This document shows positions 26,668 to 35,950 of a DNA stretch of 64,000 bases, piece by piece; position 1 is the first letter of the stretch; each line of letters opens with the position of its first letter. Source of the DNA: a virus; IMG/VR virus record IMGVR_UViG_3300019762_000007, positions 24,713-88,712 of that record, one strand, 5' to 3'. Made by a program: the position numbers and the translations under genes. Under the pieces are notes generated by a model. It saw only the letters and a program-made list of their open reading frames with translations. It searched no databases and was not told where the DNA came from.

Positions 26668-29600
26668 ATGACGTGTAAAGTAACTAGTAAAGTTGAAGAT
26701 TCTAAAAATCAACTAAAGTCAGTTGTATCACAAGTTGAGCCTAAAGAGTCATTGAATCCAATACCAGCAGGGTTTATATCCCATACTACTTATGGTATAG
26801 CTGTGGACAATATGACTTCAGGCTTACTAAAAGAAATTACTGCTGTTAAAGAAGCAGGAGTTATTACTCAGGTTCCTTTAGGAGAAATTACTTATGAAGA
26901 TATTCATTCTGCTTATAAAAGAGTTGTAAATAGACTTGAAAAGATTCATACCGATAATCTAAGTAAGATTGCTAATATAGAGCAGAGAATGCTTGAAGCT
27001 ACTTTTGATGAAGCTAATAGACCTAAAGCTGAGAATGCAATATCTATAATAAAGGCAGCTAATCTAGAGCTAGTCGAAATGATGAGACCTGATAATCATA
27101 GATTATTAGAGGACACTACCAGAATGTTAAAATCTTTAGGTATTAATGTTTCTTTGGCTAAACTAGAAGTATCTTTAATGTCTGAGGAGGATTATAAAGA
27201 GTTTTCTAAAGAGTATGAAGAGGAAAATGATGCTGAACAGAATAGTAAAGAGAGAATTTATTCTCAGGATTCTGCTTCTATAAACCCAAAAGATACTGTA
27301 GGTACAGTTATCAAGTTGTATCTACAAACTCAAGTTGAGAAGAGATATGATAAGGATGGTAATATAGTACAAGTAAGAGATCATAAAGGTTTCCCAAAGA
27401 AGATAAATGTTAGTAGGACTATTGCAGAGCTTTATTCAGTTCTTTCAGATATCAGTACTTATGAAGGAATGATAGAGAAACTTAAAGTTATTGGAACTGA
27501 AAATGCTAATCTAGCTTCTATAGCTAGTGACTTAGAAACTAAAGCTCTTGAAGACCCAGAAGCAGAATATGCTACTTTCGCTAATACTTTCTTTACAGTG
27601 TTTAATACAAGTTATACAGAAGGTAAAAAGATTATAAAGGATTTACAGATTGTAAATAAAGAAGATAATCCTGAAGCTGAAATGTGGGGATCAGAGTTTG
27701 GTACTGGTGAGCAATCACAAGAAATTGCTAAAATTTCTGTGATATCTTCAAATACTTCAGCAGGAGAAGAAGGTTTATTTAATGAATGGAAGTCTGCTTT
27801 CAATCTAATTCTCATTAAAAATAAGGAAAAAGAAGAAAGAGATTTCTTATTAAAGTCAGGTGCTCAGGTAGCTCTAGACTTGTTGAATGCTGTTTCTTTA
27901 TCTGAGAATACTTCTAAAGGTTTTGAGAAGGTTAAAGATATACTTCATTCTAGGTTTATCAATGTAATGAAAATTGCAGGTATAGAAATGTCTCATGAAG
28001 GTATGAATGCTTTAAAGGAGAGTTTCGATTTCAGGGCCAGAAGGAAAGCTAAGATGGATGGGAAAGAGTATGTTGAAGCTCCTGCTGAATATTTAGCTTA
28101 TCTCAAGAATACTGTTAAATTTACAGTAGATGATTTCTTACATAAAGGAAAGAACTTTATTAATTCTAGTAATCAATCAGACAATCAAGTAGCTAAGATT
28201 AAAGACTTAGCTTCTGCCCAAAGATCCATTGGTACTGATGCTACAGTAGCTTCTTATATTAATGACAACCTCAAGACTTATTTTGCTATCGGCAATTCAG
28301 ATTATGTTAAAACTGTAGTAGCTTCTATTAAAAATGGATCATCTAGAGTTGTTAATAAGATTGCGGAATCTACTAGATTATTTAAAAATCTAAGTAATGT
28401 AGACAATTTAGGGAAACCTTTAGCTGAAATTAATAGATTTGATACTGATGGTAGTGCTGGTGACTTTAAAGAGTATTCTGATTTAAGTCAAGCCTATACT
28501 ACTAGACTTAATATGGCTTTCAATCCTTTATTTAAAGATAAGAAAGTAAGTACTGAAAAAGAGAAATACACTATTAGAGCTAAAGCATTTAATAATGTTG
28601 GTTACTATTTTGTCCCAACTCTTAGTGATAGATCTCATGCTGACTTATTGAAGTCTTCTAGTCTTTTATCTAGAGATAGTAGAGGAGAAATTACATCTCC
28701 ATTTGATACTTCTGGGAACTTAAAAGAAATATTCAGTAGAGAGTTTACTAATATATCTTTAGCTGAGGCTAATGAAGCTAATGAAGTTAGAATGTTACAT
28801 ACTCTAATGTCTAAGTGGGAAAAAGCTACAGATGAGCATTTCAATGAAGTTATTGCTATCTATGAAGAATCTGATTTAGGTACTTGGGTAGCTGAATTAA
28901 AAGAGTCTAAAGATTCTAAATTAGCAGATAAAATTAAATCTACTTTTGTTAAGAATTATCATGTTAATAAAAAAGGTGGTTTAGGAAATGCTGGGTGGCT
29001 ACAAATAGTTCCTCAGCTTAATACTCTTTTAGAATTTGACGAAACTACTGGAGCTATTGCTAATCTTGAGATATTATCTTCTCCTAAAGCATTAGAAGTA
29101 ATTACTTCTTTTGTTAAAGAACAGTATAATTATTTTGAAGAAGAATTGATAGATGGAGGATTCTTAGGTAAGTCTGCAAAAGGTAATTTATTCCTTACTA
29201 GTGATTTAGGTGCTACTTTAATACAGAGCCCTCAAAGTAAGAATATGGTCGATTCTTTACAGTCTATGTTTATCAATGACTTATTGAATAGCTACGAGTA
29301 TATGATTAACTTCCAAGGAGGTGTACAATATAATACAGCAGCTGATTTTCAATCTTATTATGATTCTTATAAAACTGACCCTGCAACTGCAAAGTTAGAT
29401 TTACAAGATATGATTATTGACTCTAATAAGCGTATGTCATTGCTAACTTCTCCCCAAAGTAAAGGTAGAATTTCTACTGATGAAAATCCTGGTGGCATGA
29501 AAGCTACATTTAAAGTAGCTATTTGTAAAGATGTTTATATTCAAAGTGCTTTTATGGACATGTATAAAGCAGTTCTTGCTAATAATGCAGACGTATATAG

Positions 29601-32600
29601 TATTGATAAGTTGAATATGACTGATGCTCAAGGTCTTTGTACTCCTGAAAGATTTAAAGATATTTTAGGTGGTAGAGGTGCTTTTAGTTACGAGAAGTAC
29701 GACTTGTACGATAGACTTATGGATCCTGGTTATGAGGTTACAGTAGAAGATCTTGCAATAGTTCATAGTCATTTAAAAGGCTCTTACTATGGATTACATA
29801 CTCATCCTTCTGGTAGAAAGATGATGATGAATCTAAAGTATTCTGTTATGCCTTTATTTCCTGCATTAATTGCGCATAGTAAAGAATTAACAGAAATAGC
29901 TAAAGTTATGAGAGACCAGAAGATAGATGAGGTTACATTCTCATCTGCTGTTAAAGTTGGCGCTTATAATGTAAATGACTTGGTAGATGAAAATGGAAAC
30001 ATTAATCAAGAATTAATGTCTATTGAATTAGATTCTAATTTCTATGGAGAGCCTGTTACTGAATCTGCTGAAGCTAAATCAGAAGCTGGTTTAGGATCTC
30101 AGATTAATAAGCTTATTAATGGTAATATGGAAATCTACAAAGGAGCTTTATTTAATGTAAATGGAGTTACTTATGCAGCTGAAGATATGGCTAGTATGTA
30201 CAATGACGTTGTTAGTAGTTTATTAGCTGTAGGATACGAAACCTTTAAAGGAGATATTAATACTAAAGAAAAGTTATACAAAACTTTAATTGACGCTTCT
30301 CAGAACAATAAGTATAGCAATGATTCTTCTACTCTTTTAGACCAGTTATCTTATGATAAAGAAACTAACGAGTTAGAGATACCATTTGACTTTCCTTTAT
30401 TAAATCATAGAATAGCTCAACAGTTATTTACAGTAGCTAAAGGTAAAGTATTAAAACTTAAAATGCCTGGCACTGCCGCTATCCTTGCTACTTCTTTAGG
30501 GCAGTATTCTTTACAAGAACAAAAAGAATCTGAGAGACTTAAATTTGTAAGACTTGTTGATTCTACTGGTAAAGAGTTAACTGCTGAAGAAACTAAGAAG
30601 TTTAATGATAACAAGAATAGACTTGTTAAGGCTATTAGAGCAGAAGAGAACAATGCCGAAAGTACATACAGTACTACAGATGTATTGGCTCCTTCTTTAA
30701 TATCAATGGACGATATACAAAATCTTTCTGTAGAAGAGTTAAACTCTTTAGCAGCTGATTTCAATTTATCTAACCCTTTTAAAAATGATACTAATAATGT
30801 AAAATTTAAAGAATGGCTAACTACTGACAAGTTTGATAGAGTTGAGAAGAGGTATCCTAAAGAGATTAAGGTAGATATATATTCTTTTCCTACTTCTAAG
30901 TTACAAGAGATTATTGAGGTATTTTCTAAAGAGATTCCTGGAGAGTATATAGCAGACGGAAGAGATTTTAAATCCCTCTTATTGCAAGAGTATGGAATGA
31001 GTGACTCTCAATATAAGTTTGCTAAGGCTAATGAAGTGTTATTAGACAATCTTAGTAAACTAAGTCTAGATGCTAATTTTGATGTAGTCGCACAAACTCT
31101 ATTAGATGAAAATGTAAGAGTTCGTGATAAAGGTCAATTATCTTTATTTGAAGGTAAAGAGGAATTTATAGACTCTAAAGAATTAGAATCTAAGAAAAAA
31201 GCCTTAGTAGAAGCTATTAATTCTGGAAAAGTTACTATCTCTCAAGAAAATATTATTGATGTTGTTGAAAATACTAAGTTGGATTCTCTTAGACAAGAAT
31301 TAGCTGAATTAAGCCAAGAATACACAGTGGCACCAGCTGAGTGTGTTGCTTCTGGAAGTTATTTCACTAAGAGATTTAAAGAAATAGCTAAGGATTTAAC
31401 TAAGCAATTTCTTTCAGAAAGAAAAGGTATTATTACAGCTTTAGAAGAAGAAGCTAAGTACACTAGTATTTACGAGTCTCTTGTAGAGCAATTCTTATTT
31501 AAAGATGGTTCTTATAATATGGAAGCTCTTGAGGCTGCTGGATTATTAGATACCATTGCTTACAGAATCCCCACTCAATCTAAGTCTTCTGCTGTTCCTG
31601 GTAAGATTGTTAGAATACTACCAGAACATAATGGTGCTGCTATTATCTTTCCTGCTGAACTTACTGCTCAATCAGGAGCTGACTTTGACTATGATAAAGT
31701 ATTTGTAGAAATGCGACCTTTTAATATTGTAATGTATGAAGATGGTAAGATCAAGATGAAAGCTATTCACCCTTTTGGGAAATCAAAAGCATCTTTAACT
31801 TCTAAATTATTTAATATGCAAAGAAGTATTCTTACTTCATCTATGTTCTTTGAAGAGTTAATTACTCCTAATAGTACTAAGATGTTTACAGATGCTTTAA
31901 AGGATATTAAGGCTTTATCAAAGGAAGCTGTTGAAAGAAACCTTTCTTTATTTTCTATAGTTACTCAAGAGAACCATAGAATTAAAAATAGAGATAGTGC
32001 TATTCTTATTGGTGCATTTGCTAATGCAAGTATGTTACATATGATTGCTCAACAAGTTGATATCTCATTCCCTAAAGGGTTCTCAATAGACTCTACAGTT
32101 TATAAGGATTTAGGTAATGTTTATACCAATAGTAATGAGTTGATTTCTGAAGTAGTTAGTCAGGCTTTATCAGCAGCAGTTGATAATGCTAAAGACCCTA
32201 TTTTAGGTAACCTAAATATTAATACTCTTACTGCACCTCTTGTAAATGCTAGTTTATTGCTAGGAGTAGATCTTAATTATGTCACAGAGCTAATTAATTC
32301 TCCTGCAATTACTACTTTTCTCAAAGGAGTAAGTACACTTATTAATAAAGGTGTTAGCCAGGATGTAGCTATTCAAAGATCTTTAAATGCTATTGATGCT
32401 GAGATTATCCAAGCAGATGCTAATGGCAATAGTATCTTAGTCCCTAATAATTCTATAAAACTTAATTATAGAGGAGACAGTACAAATGAAGACTTCATCA
32501 TTGCTTCTTTTGGTAAACTCTTTAATGCTGGTAAATCACTATCTACTTTCTATGGTTCTATTAATTTAGATGCCAAGAAGCCTGTTAGTAATGTTGCTGG

Positions 32601-33750
32601 TAATGTTAGAAAGATTATTAGATTGTCTAAGTATATGCCTAATCTTGTCAAAGAAAGATTCCCTATGCTTGTTACAGCAGAGAAAAGTGATTTATCTGTT
32701 AATGAGGAACAACTTAGTAATCATACTAATGGAGGGTTTATTAAAACTGGTTTATTAGATGTAGTTGAAAGAATTGGAAAGGAAACTGGAGATCTCTCAT
32801 TTGCCCATCAAAGAACCTACTCTATGCTGGATCATACTTTAGGGTTTAAAGCTAGTGAAGCTGACTTTATAAAAGCTTCTAAAGTATTAGCTACTACAGC
32901 TCATTATGGATTAGCTAATTCTTATTTATCAGGATTATTAAACTTCTCTAATATAAATCATATATTATTTAATGAGGATACTAATTTCTCTAATGATTTG
33001 ATAAGTATTAAGAATGCTTTAAATAATTTAGCTGCTAAGAAGGGAATTAAGTCTGTATTAGCTAGAGCATTAACAGTATCTGAGAATGTTTTAAATTCTC
33101 CTAATTTTGGTGCTTTAACAGCCAAAAGGATAACTATACCTGTTGCTTTCTTAAAATCTTTAGAGTCTGGAGAGAAAGCTGATATTCAAAGAGAGATGTT
33201 AGAGTTATATGAAACTTATCCATCTTTAGTTGAGGGTTTAGTTATGTCTGGAATGGCAGTAGAGGGTTTTGATAGATATGCTGGTTCTCTTAAAGATATT
33301 ATTCCTTTAAAGGTTTATGCAGATTTAGGAATTATAGAGGAGCATAAGCAATTAGCCAAACAGTACGAAGATGCTGGTAATGTTACTTTACCTTTAAAGG
33401 CTGTATCTAATTATATTCTTAACAATATGGATAAGTTTAGAAATAGACTTCAGACTATAAAAGCTGAGAATTTAATTGATACTTTAAAAGTATTTAAAAC
33501 AAGATTTGAGGATTATAAATCTGTACCAGTAGTGTTTAATGTTTCTTATAAGAATGGGGAATCTGTTCTTCATAAGTTACAATTAGATTCTAATGGTGAG
33601 CTTACTGCTGTTGAAACACAGTCTAGGGGTTTAGGATTTCTAAATGATTTTACACTTGATGGTGATATGTTTAGTATTTCTAAGATGTCAGAAGTATTGC
33701 CTATAGTTTCAGAATCTGTAGAAGATATGAATGATGGTTGTATAATTTAA
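26668..33750 (+). CDS. crAss-like single-chain two-barrel DNA-dependent RNA polymerase (~2360 aa)
   Basis: Catalytic SGADFDYDK, YRIPTQ, TDAQG, SSAVKVG, AVDNAKDP; ATG 26668 preferred to the tracked TTG at 26605. Confidence 0.88.
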   Translation: MTCKVTSKVEDSKNQLKSVVSQVEPKESLNPIPAGFISHTTYGIAVDNMTSGLLKEITAVKEAGVITQVPLGEITYEDIHSAYKRVVNRLEKIHTDNLSKIANIEQRMLEATFDEANRPKAENAISIIKAANLELVEMMRPDNHRLLEDTTRMLKSLGINVSLAKLEVSLMSEEDYKEFSKEYEEENDAEQNSKERIYSQDSASINPKDTVGTVIKLYLQTQVEKRYDKDGNIVQVRDHKGFPKKINVSRTIAELYSVLSDISTYEGMIEKLKVIGTENANLASIASDLETKALEDPEAEYATFANTFFTVFNTSYTEGKKIIKDLQIVNKEDNPEAEMWGSEFGTGEQSQEIAKISVISSNTSAGEEGLFNEWKSAFNLILIKNKEKEERDFLLKSGAQVALDLLNAVSLSENTSKGFEKVKDILHSRFINVMKIAGIEMSHEGMNALKESFDFRARRKAKMDGKEYVEAPAEYLAYLKNTVKFTVDDFLHKGKNFINSSNQSDNQVAKIKDLASAQRSIGTDATVASYINDNLKTYFAIGNSDYVKTVVASIKNGSSRVVNKIAESTRLFKNLSNVDNLGKPLAEINRFDTDGSAGDFKEYSDLSQAYTTRLNMAFNPLFKDKKVSTEKEKYTIRAKAFNNVGYYFVPTLSDRSHADLLKSSSLLSRDSRGEITSPFDTSGNLKEIFSREFTNISLAEANEANEVRMLHTLMSKWEKATDEHFNEVIAIYEESDLGTWVAELKESKDSKLADKIKSTFVKNYHVNKKGGLGNAGWLQIVPQLNTLLEFDETTGAIANLEILSSPKALEVITSFVKEQYNYFEEELIDGGFLGKSAKGNLFLTSDLGATLIQSPQSKNMVDSLQSMFINDLLNSYEYMINFQGGVQYNTAADFQSYYDSYKTDPATAKLDLQDMIIDSNKRMSLLTSPQSKGRISTDENPGGMKATFKVAICKDVYIQSAFMDMYKAVLANNADVYSIDKLNMTDAQGLCTPERFKDILGGRGAFSYEKYDLYDRLMDPGYEVTVEDLAIVHSHLKGSYYGLHTHPSGRKMMMNLKYSVMPLFPALIAHSKELTEIAKVMRDQKIDEVTFSSAVKVGAYNVNDLVDENGNINQELMSIELDSNFYGEPVTESAEAKSEAGLGSQINKLINGNMEIYKGALFNVNGVTYAAEDMASMYNDVVSSLLAVGYETFKGDINTKEKLYKTLIDASQNNKYSNDSSTLLDQLSYDKETNELEIPFDFPLLNHRIAQQLFTVAKGKVLKLKMPGTAAILATSLGQYSLQEQKESERLKFVRLVDSTGKELTAEETKKFNDNKNRLVKAIRAEENNAESTYSTTDVLAPSLISMDDIQNLSVEELNSLAADFNLSNPFKNDTNNVKFKEWLTTDKFDRVEKRYPKEIKVDIYSFPTSKLQEIIEVFSKEIPGEYIADGRDFKSLLLQEYGMSDSQYKFAKANEVLLDNLSKLSLDANFDVVAQTLLDENVRVRDKGQLSLFEGKEEFIDSKELESKKKALVEAINSGKVTISQENIIDVVENTKLDSLRQELAELSQEYTVAPAECVASGSYFTKRFKEIAKDLTKQFLSERKGIITALEEEAKYTSIYESLVEQFLFKDGSYNMEALEAAGLLDTIAYRIPTQSKSSAVPGKIVRILPEHNGAAIIFPAELTAQSGADFDYDKVFVEMRPFNIVMYEDGKIKMKAIHPFGKSKASLTSKLFNMQRSILTSSMFFEELITPNSTKMFTDALKDIKALSKEAVERNLSLFSIVTQENHRIKNRDSAILIGAFANASMLHMIAQQVDISFPKGFSIDSTVYKDLGNVYTNSNELISEVVSQALSAAVDNAKDPILGNLNINTLTAPLVNASLLLGVDLNYVTELINSPAITTFLKGVSTLINKGVSQDVAIQRSLNAIDAEIIQADANGNSILVPNNSIKLNYRGDSTNEDFIIASFGKLFNAGKSLSTFYGSINLDAKKPVSNVAGNVRKIIRLSKYMPNLVKERFPMLVTAEKSDLSVNEEQLSNHTNGGFIKTGLLDVVERIGKETGDLSFAHQRTYSMLDHTLGFKASEADFIKASKVLATTAHYGLANSYLSGLLNFSNINHILFNEDTNFSNDLISIKNALNNLAAKKGIKSVLARALTVSENVLNSPNFGALTAKRITIPVAFLKSLESGEKADIQREMLELYETYPSLVEGLVMSGMAVEGFDRYAGSLKDIIPLKVYADLGIIEEHKQLAKQYEDAGNVTLPLKAVSNYILNNMDKFRNRLQTIKAENLIDTLKVFKTRFEDYKSVPVVFNVSYKNGESVLHKLQLDSNGELTAVETQSRGLGFLNDFTLDGDMFSISKMSEVLPIVSESVEDMNDGCII

Positions 33751-33770
33751 CTACTTAACAATTTGATTAT

Positions 33771-33803
33771 AAGGCTTACTATTAATTTAGTAAGCCTTTT
33801 TTA
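33771..33803 (+). terminator. Intrinsic terminator after RNAP
   Basis: AAGGCTTACT-loop-AGTAAGCCTT followed by a T run. Confidence 0.85.
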
Positions 33804-33818
33804 TAAGATTAAACTACT

Positions 33819-34040
33819 ATGAGTAAAAAACAGACTTTAGAAAGTAAAGATAGACCTATATCTACACGAACAATTAGTGAAAGTATTCTATTAGATCAAT
33901 TAGATAAATGGACTATTGCATGTGAAAAGCAAGCAGAAGCTATGAGGGCTGCTGGTATGAAAGAAATAGCGATAGGAAGTGAGGCGATGGCGACTGCCTA
34001 TTGGGCAGTAAAGCAGTTCGTAGAAATTAATTCTAATTGA
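33819..34040 (+). CDS. Hypothetical protein
   Basis: 73-aa ORF. Confidence 0.6.
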   Translation: MSKKQTLESKDRPISTRTISESILLDQLDKWTIACEKQAEAMRAAGMKEIAIGSEAMATAYWAVKQFVEINSN

Positions 34041-34306
34041 TGAAGATGATAAATTGGAGATGTATAAAAACAGACGGATTTCCGACTGAGAGTAATAAAA
34101 AATACTTAGTTACTGATGGTAAAGATATTTCTACAAGTGACGCAAGTATAGATAAAAACTATGCTACAGGAAAAACTAAGTTTAATAATTGGACTGGTGA
34201 TGATAATACATGGGAAGACAATTCATGTTGTTCAGGAACTAGAGTATTTGATTTAGTTCCTACTCATTGGTGCCCAATTGATGAGTTAAATTTACCTAAT
34301 TTATAA
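34037..34306 (+). CDS. DUF551-like small protein
   Basis: W..P..YLVTDG...PTHWCP pattern. Confidence 0.6.
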   Translation: MMKMINWRCIKTDGFPTESNKKYLVTDGKDISTSDASIDKNYATGKTKFNNWTGDDNTWEDNSCCSGTRVFDLVPTHWCPIDELNLPNL

Positions 34307-34316
34307 AACAAAGAAT

Positions 34317-34667
34317 ATGACAAAAGAGAAAATTGCCGAAAGTAGTATCAAGTTTAATGGTACTAAGTTGGAGCTTACAGGAGAAGTTCTAAATGTAATG
34401 AACATCTTCAAGATTGAGGGTTATGCCGAAAGAGTATCTAAGGCTAAAGAGAAGACTAAAGAGCTTAAACTTAAAATCGCTGAGTTTAAATCTCAGCTAA
34501 ATGCAGGTAGTTTGACTCCAGATTCAATTTCAAAATATGGAGATTTAAAGCAAGCTTTATATATACTTAAGGACAATAAAAATTGTTCTAGTTACTATGA
34601 CATTGCTATTATTCCTCAATCAATAAGAGGAGACTTAAGACATGGTAAGTACAATAACCGTAACTAA
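34317..34667 (+). CDS. Hypothetical protein
   Basis: 116-aa ORF. Confidence 0.6.
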   Translation: MTKEKIAESSIKFNGTKLELTGEVLNVMNIFKIEGYAERVSKAKEKTKELKLKIAEFKSQLNAGSLTPDSISKYGDLKQALYILKDNKNCSSYYDIAIIPQSIRGDLRHGKYNNRN

Positions 34668-35130
34668 TATTACGGAAAAGATATTAAATAGTAAAATTTA
34701 TTCATTTGTAGAGTTTGAATTCAAAGGAAGATTTATAGAAGTTGGAGGTAAAAAATTATTAAAGCCTACTAGAACTGCTACTAAAGTCTTCTTTCAACCT
34801 AGTGCGGATTTACCCTTTGAAGTTAATGATATTGTAGAAGGAGATATAATACCCTTTGCCTATCTATACTTTAGGGGCTTTATTCCAGTACTAGGTAACT
34901 CTCTATCTACATCCTTTAGTGCTCTATGTGAGCAAGCTATAGAAGAAGAGATAGAATACAGAAAATATAAGACTCGTAAAAAGCCTGTAACAGGTAGGTC
35001 GGATTTTCCTGAATATCAAATGGTTAAGATTACTAGTAAAAACTTTAGTAAAGTTAAAAGTTCTTTATTTGCTAAAGGTTACTTTCTACATCGTGTAGAA
35101 GATTTAAAAGAACAACATCTTATTTTATAA
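34642..35130 (+). CDS. Hypothetical protein
   Basis: 162-aa ORF. Confidence 0.6.
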   Translation: MVSTITVTNITEKILNSKIYSFVEFEFKGRFIEVGGKKLLKPTRTATKVFFQPSADLPFEVNDIVEGDIIPFAYLYFRGFIPVLGNSLSTSFSALCEQAIEEEIEYRKYKTRKKPVTGRSDFPEYQMVKITSKNFSKVKSSLFAKGYFLHRVEDLKEQHLIL

Positions 35131-35150
35131 TTTTTAATATTACAACAAAA

Positions 35151-35948
35151 ATGATCAATTTTGATTTTTTAAAGAACGTACAATTAGTTGCAACTGAGTC
35201 TAAAATCGCAACACCAGGTAGAGTATCAGTAAGTAAGCAACCAGCAGAAGGCGCAGATTTGCGTCTAATGAAGAATGGAGCAATTTATCCTAGTGAGGCT
35301 TTAGTAGCTAAATATAACTTAGAATTTCCAAACCGAGGAGTTTCTTCAGATGCTCAAGGATTTGATGTATTTACAGGAGGAGCCTGGGAAATGTATCCTG
35401 CAGAATTAGAGAATGTAGTATTTATTGCAGCAGTTTCTAAATCTTTACCTAAAGTAAGCTTATTTGGTAAATGTGCTTATCAAGTTGATGATACACCTTC
35501 TTCTTCTGTAATTGAACAAGGGTCTGTATCTGCTGGTAAATTAGTATATGCAGCCTTACATGAAGCTTATGGTTTTGAGTTTGCAGAAGATCAACAATTC
35601 GTAGATCTATTAATTATGGAAGACATTTCTATTCCTTCTCCAACAAATGTGTTCTATATTCCTAAACCGCTTCTTTCTAGAAAGACTGGAGTTAAGTCTA
35701 CAGAGCATTTACGTAGAGATGGTATTGTAGTTAACCCTTTGGTTATTTACAATCCCGTTGTAGTTGATGTTTGCAATGATGTTCCAGAAGGAGCTAATGT
35801 TGAGGAGTCAGATGACTTATCAAACGAGCAAGTTGTATTTACTGAAGAAGCTAAAGCTGATGTGGTAGTAGAGAATATCTCTGAGAATAATCAAGCAGCT
35901 GCTGCATTTGATGCACAAACTTCAAGTTTCCATAACCCAACTATGTAA
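35151..35948 (+). CDS. Hypothetical protein with acidic tail, upstream of PolA
   Basis: 265-aa ORF. Confidence 0.7.
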   Translation: MINFDFLKNVQLVATESKIATPGRVSVSKQPAEGADLRLMKNGAIYPSEALVAKYNLEFPNRGVSSDAQGFDVFTGGAWEMYPAELENVVFIAAVSKSLPKVSLFGKCAYQVDDTPSSSVIEQGSVSAGKLVYAALHEAYGFEFAEDQQFVDLLIMEDISIPSPTNVFYIPKPLLSRKTGVKSTEHLRRDGIVVNPLVIYNPVVVDVCNDVPEGANVEESDDLSNEQVVFTEEAKADVVVENISENNQAAAAFDAQTSSFHNPTM

Positions 35949-35950
35949 TA

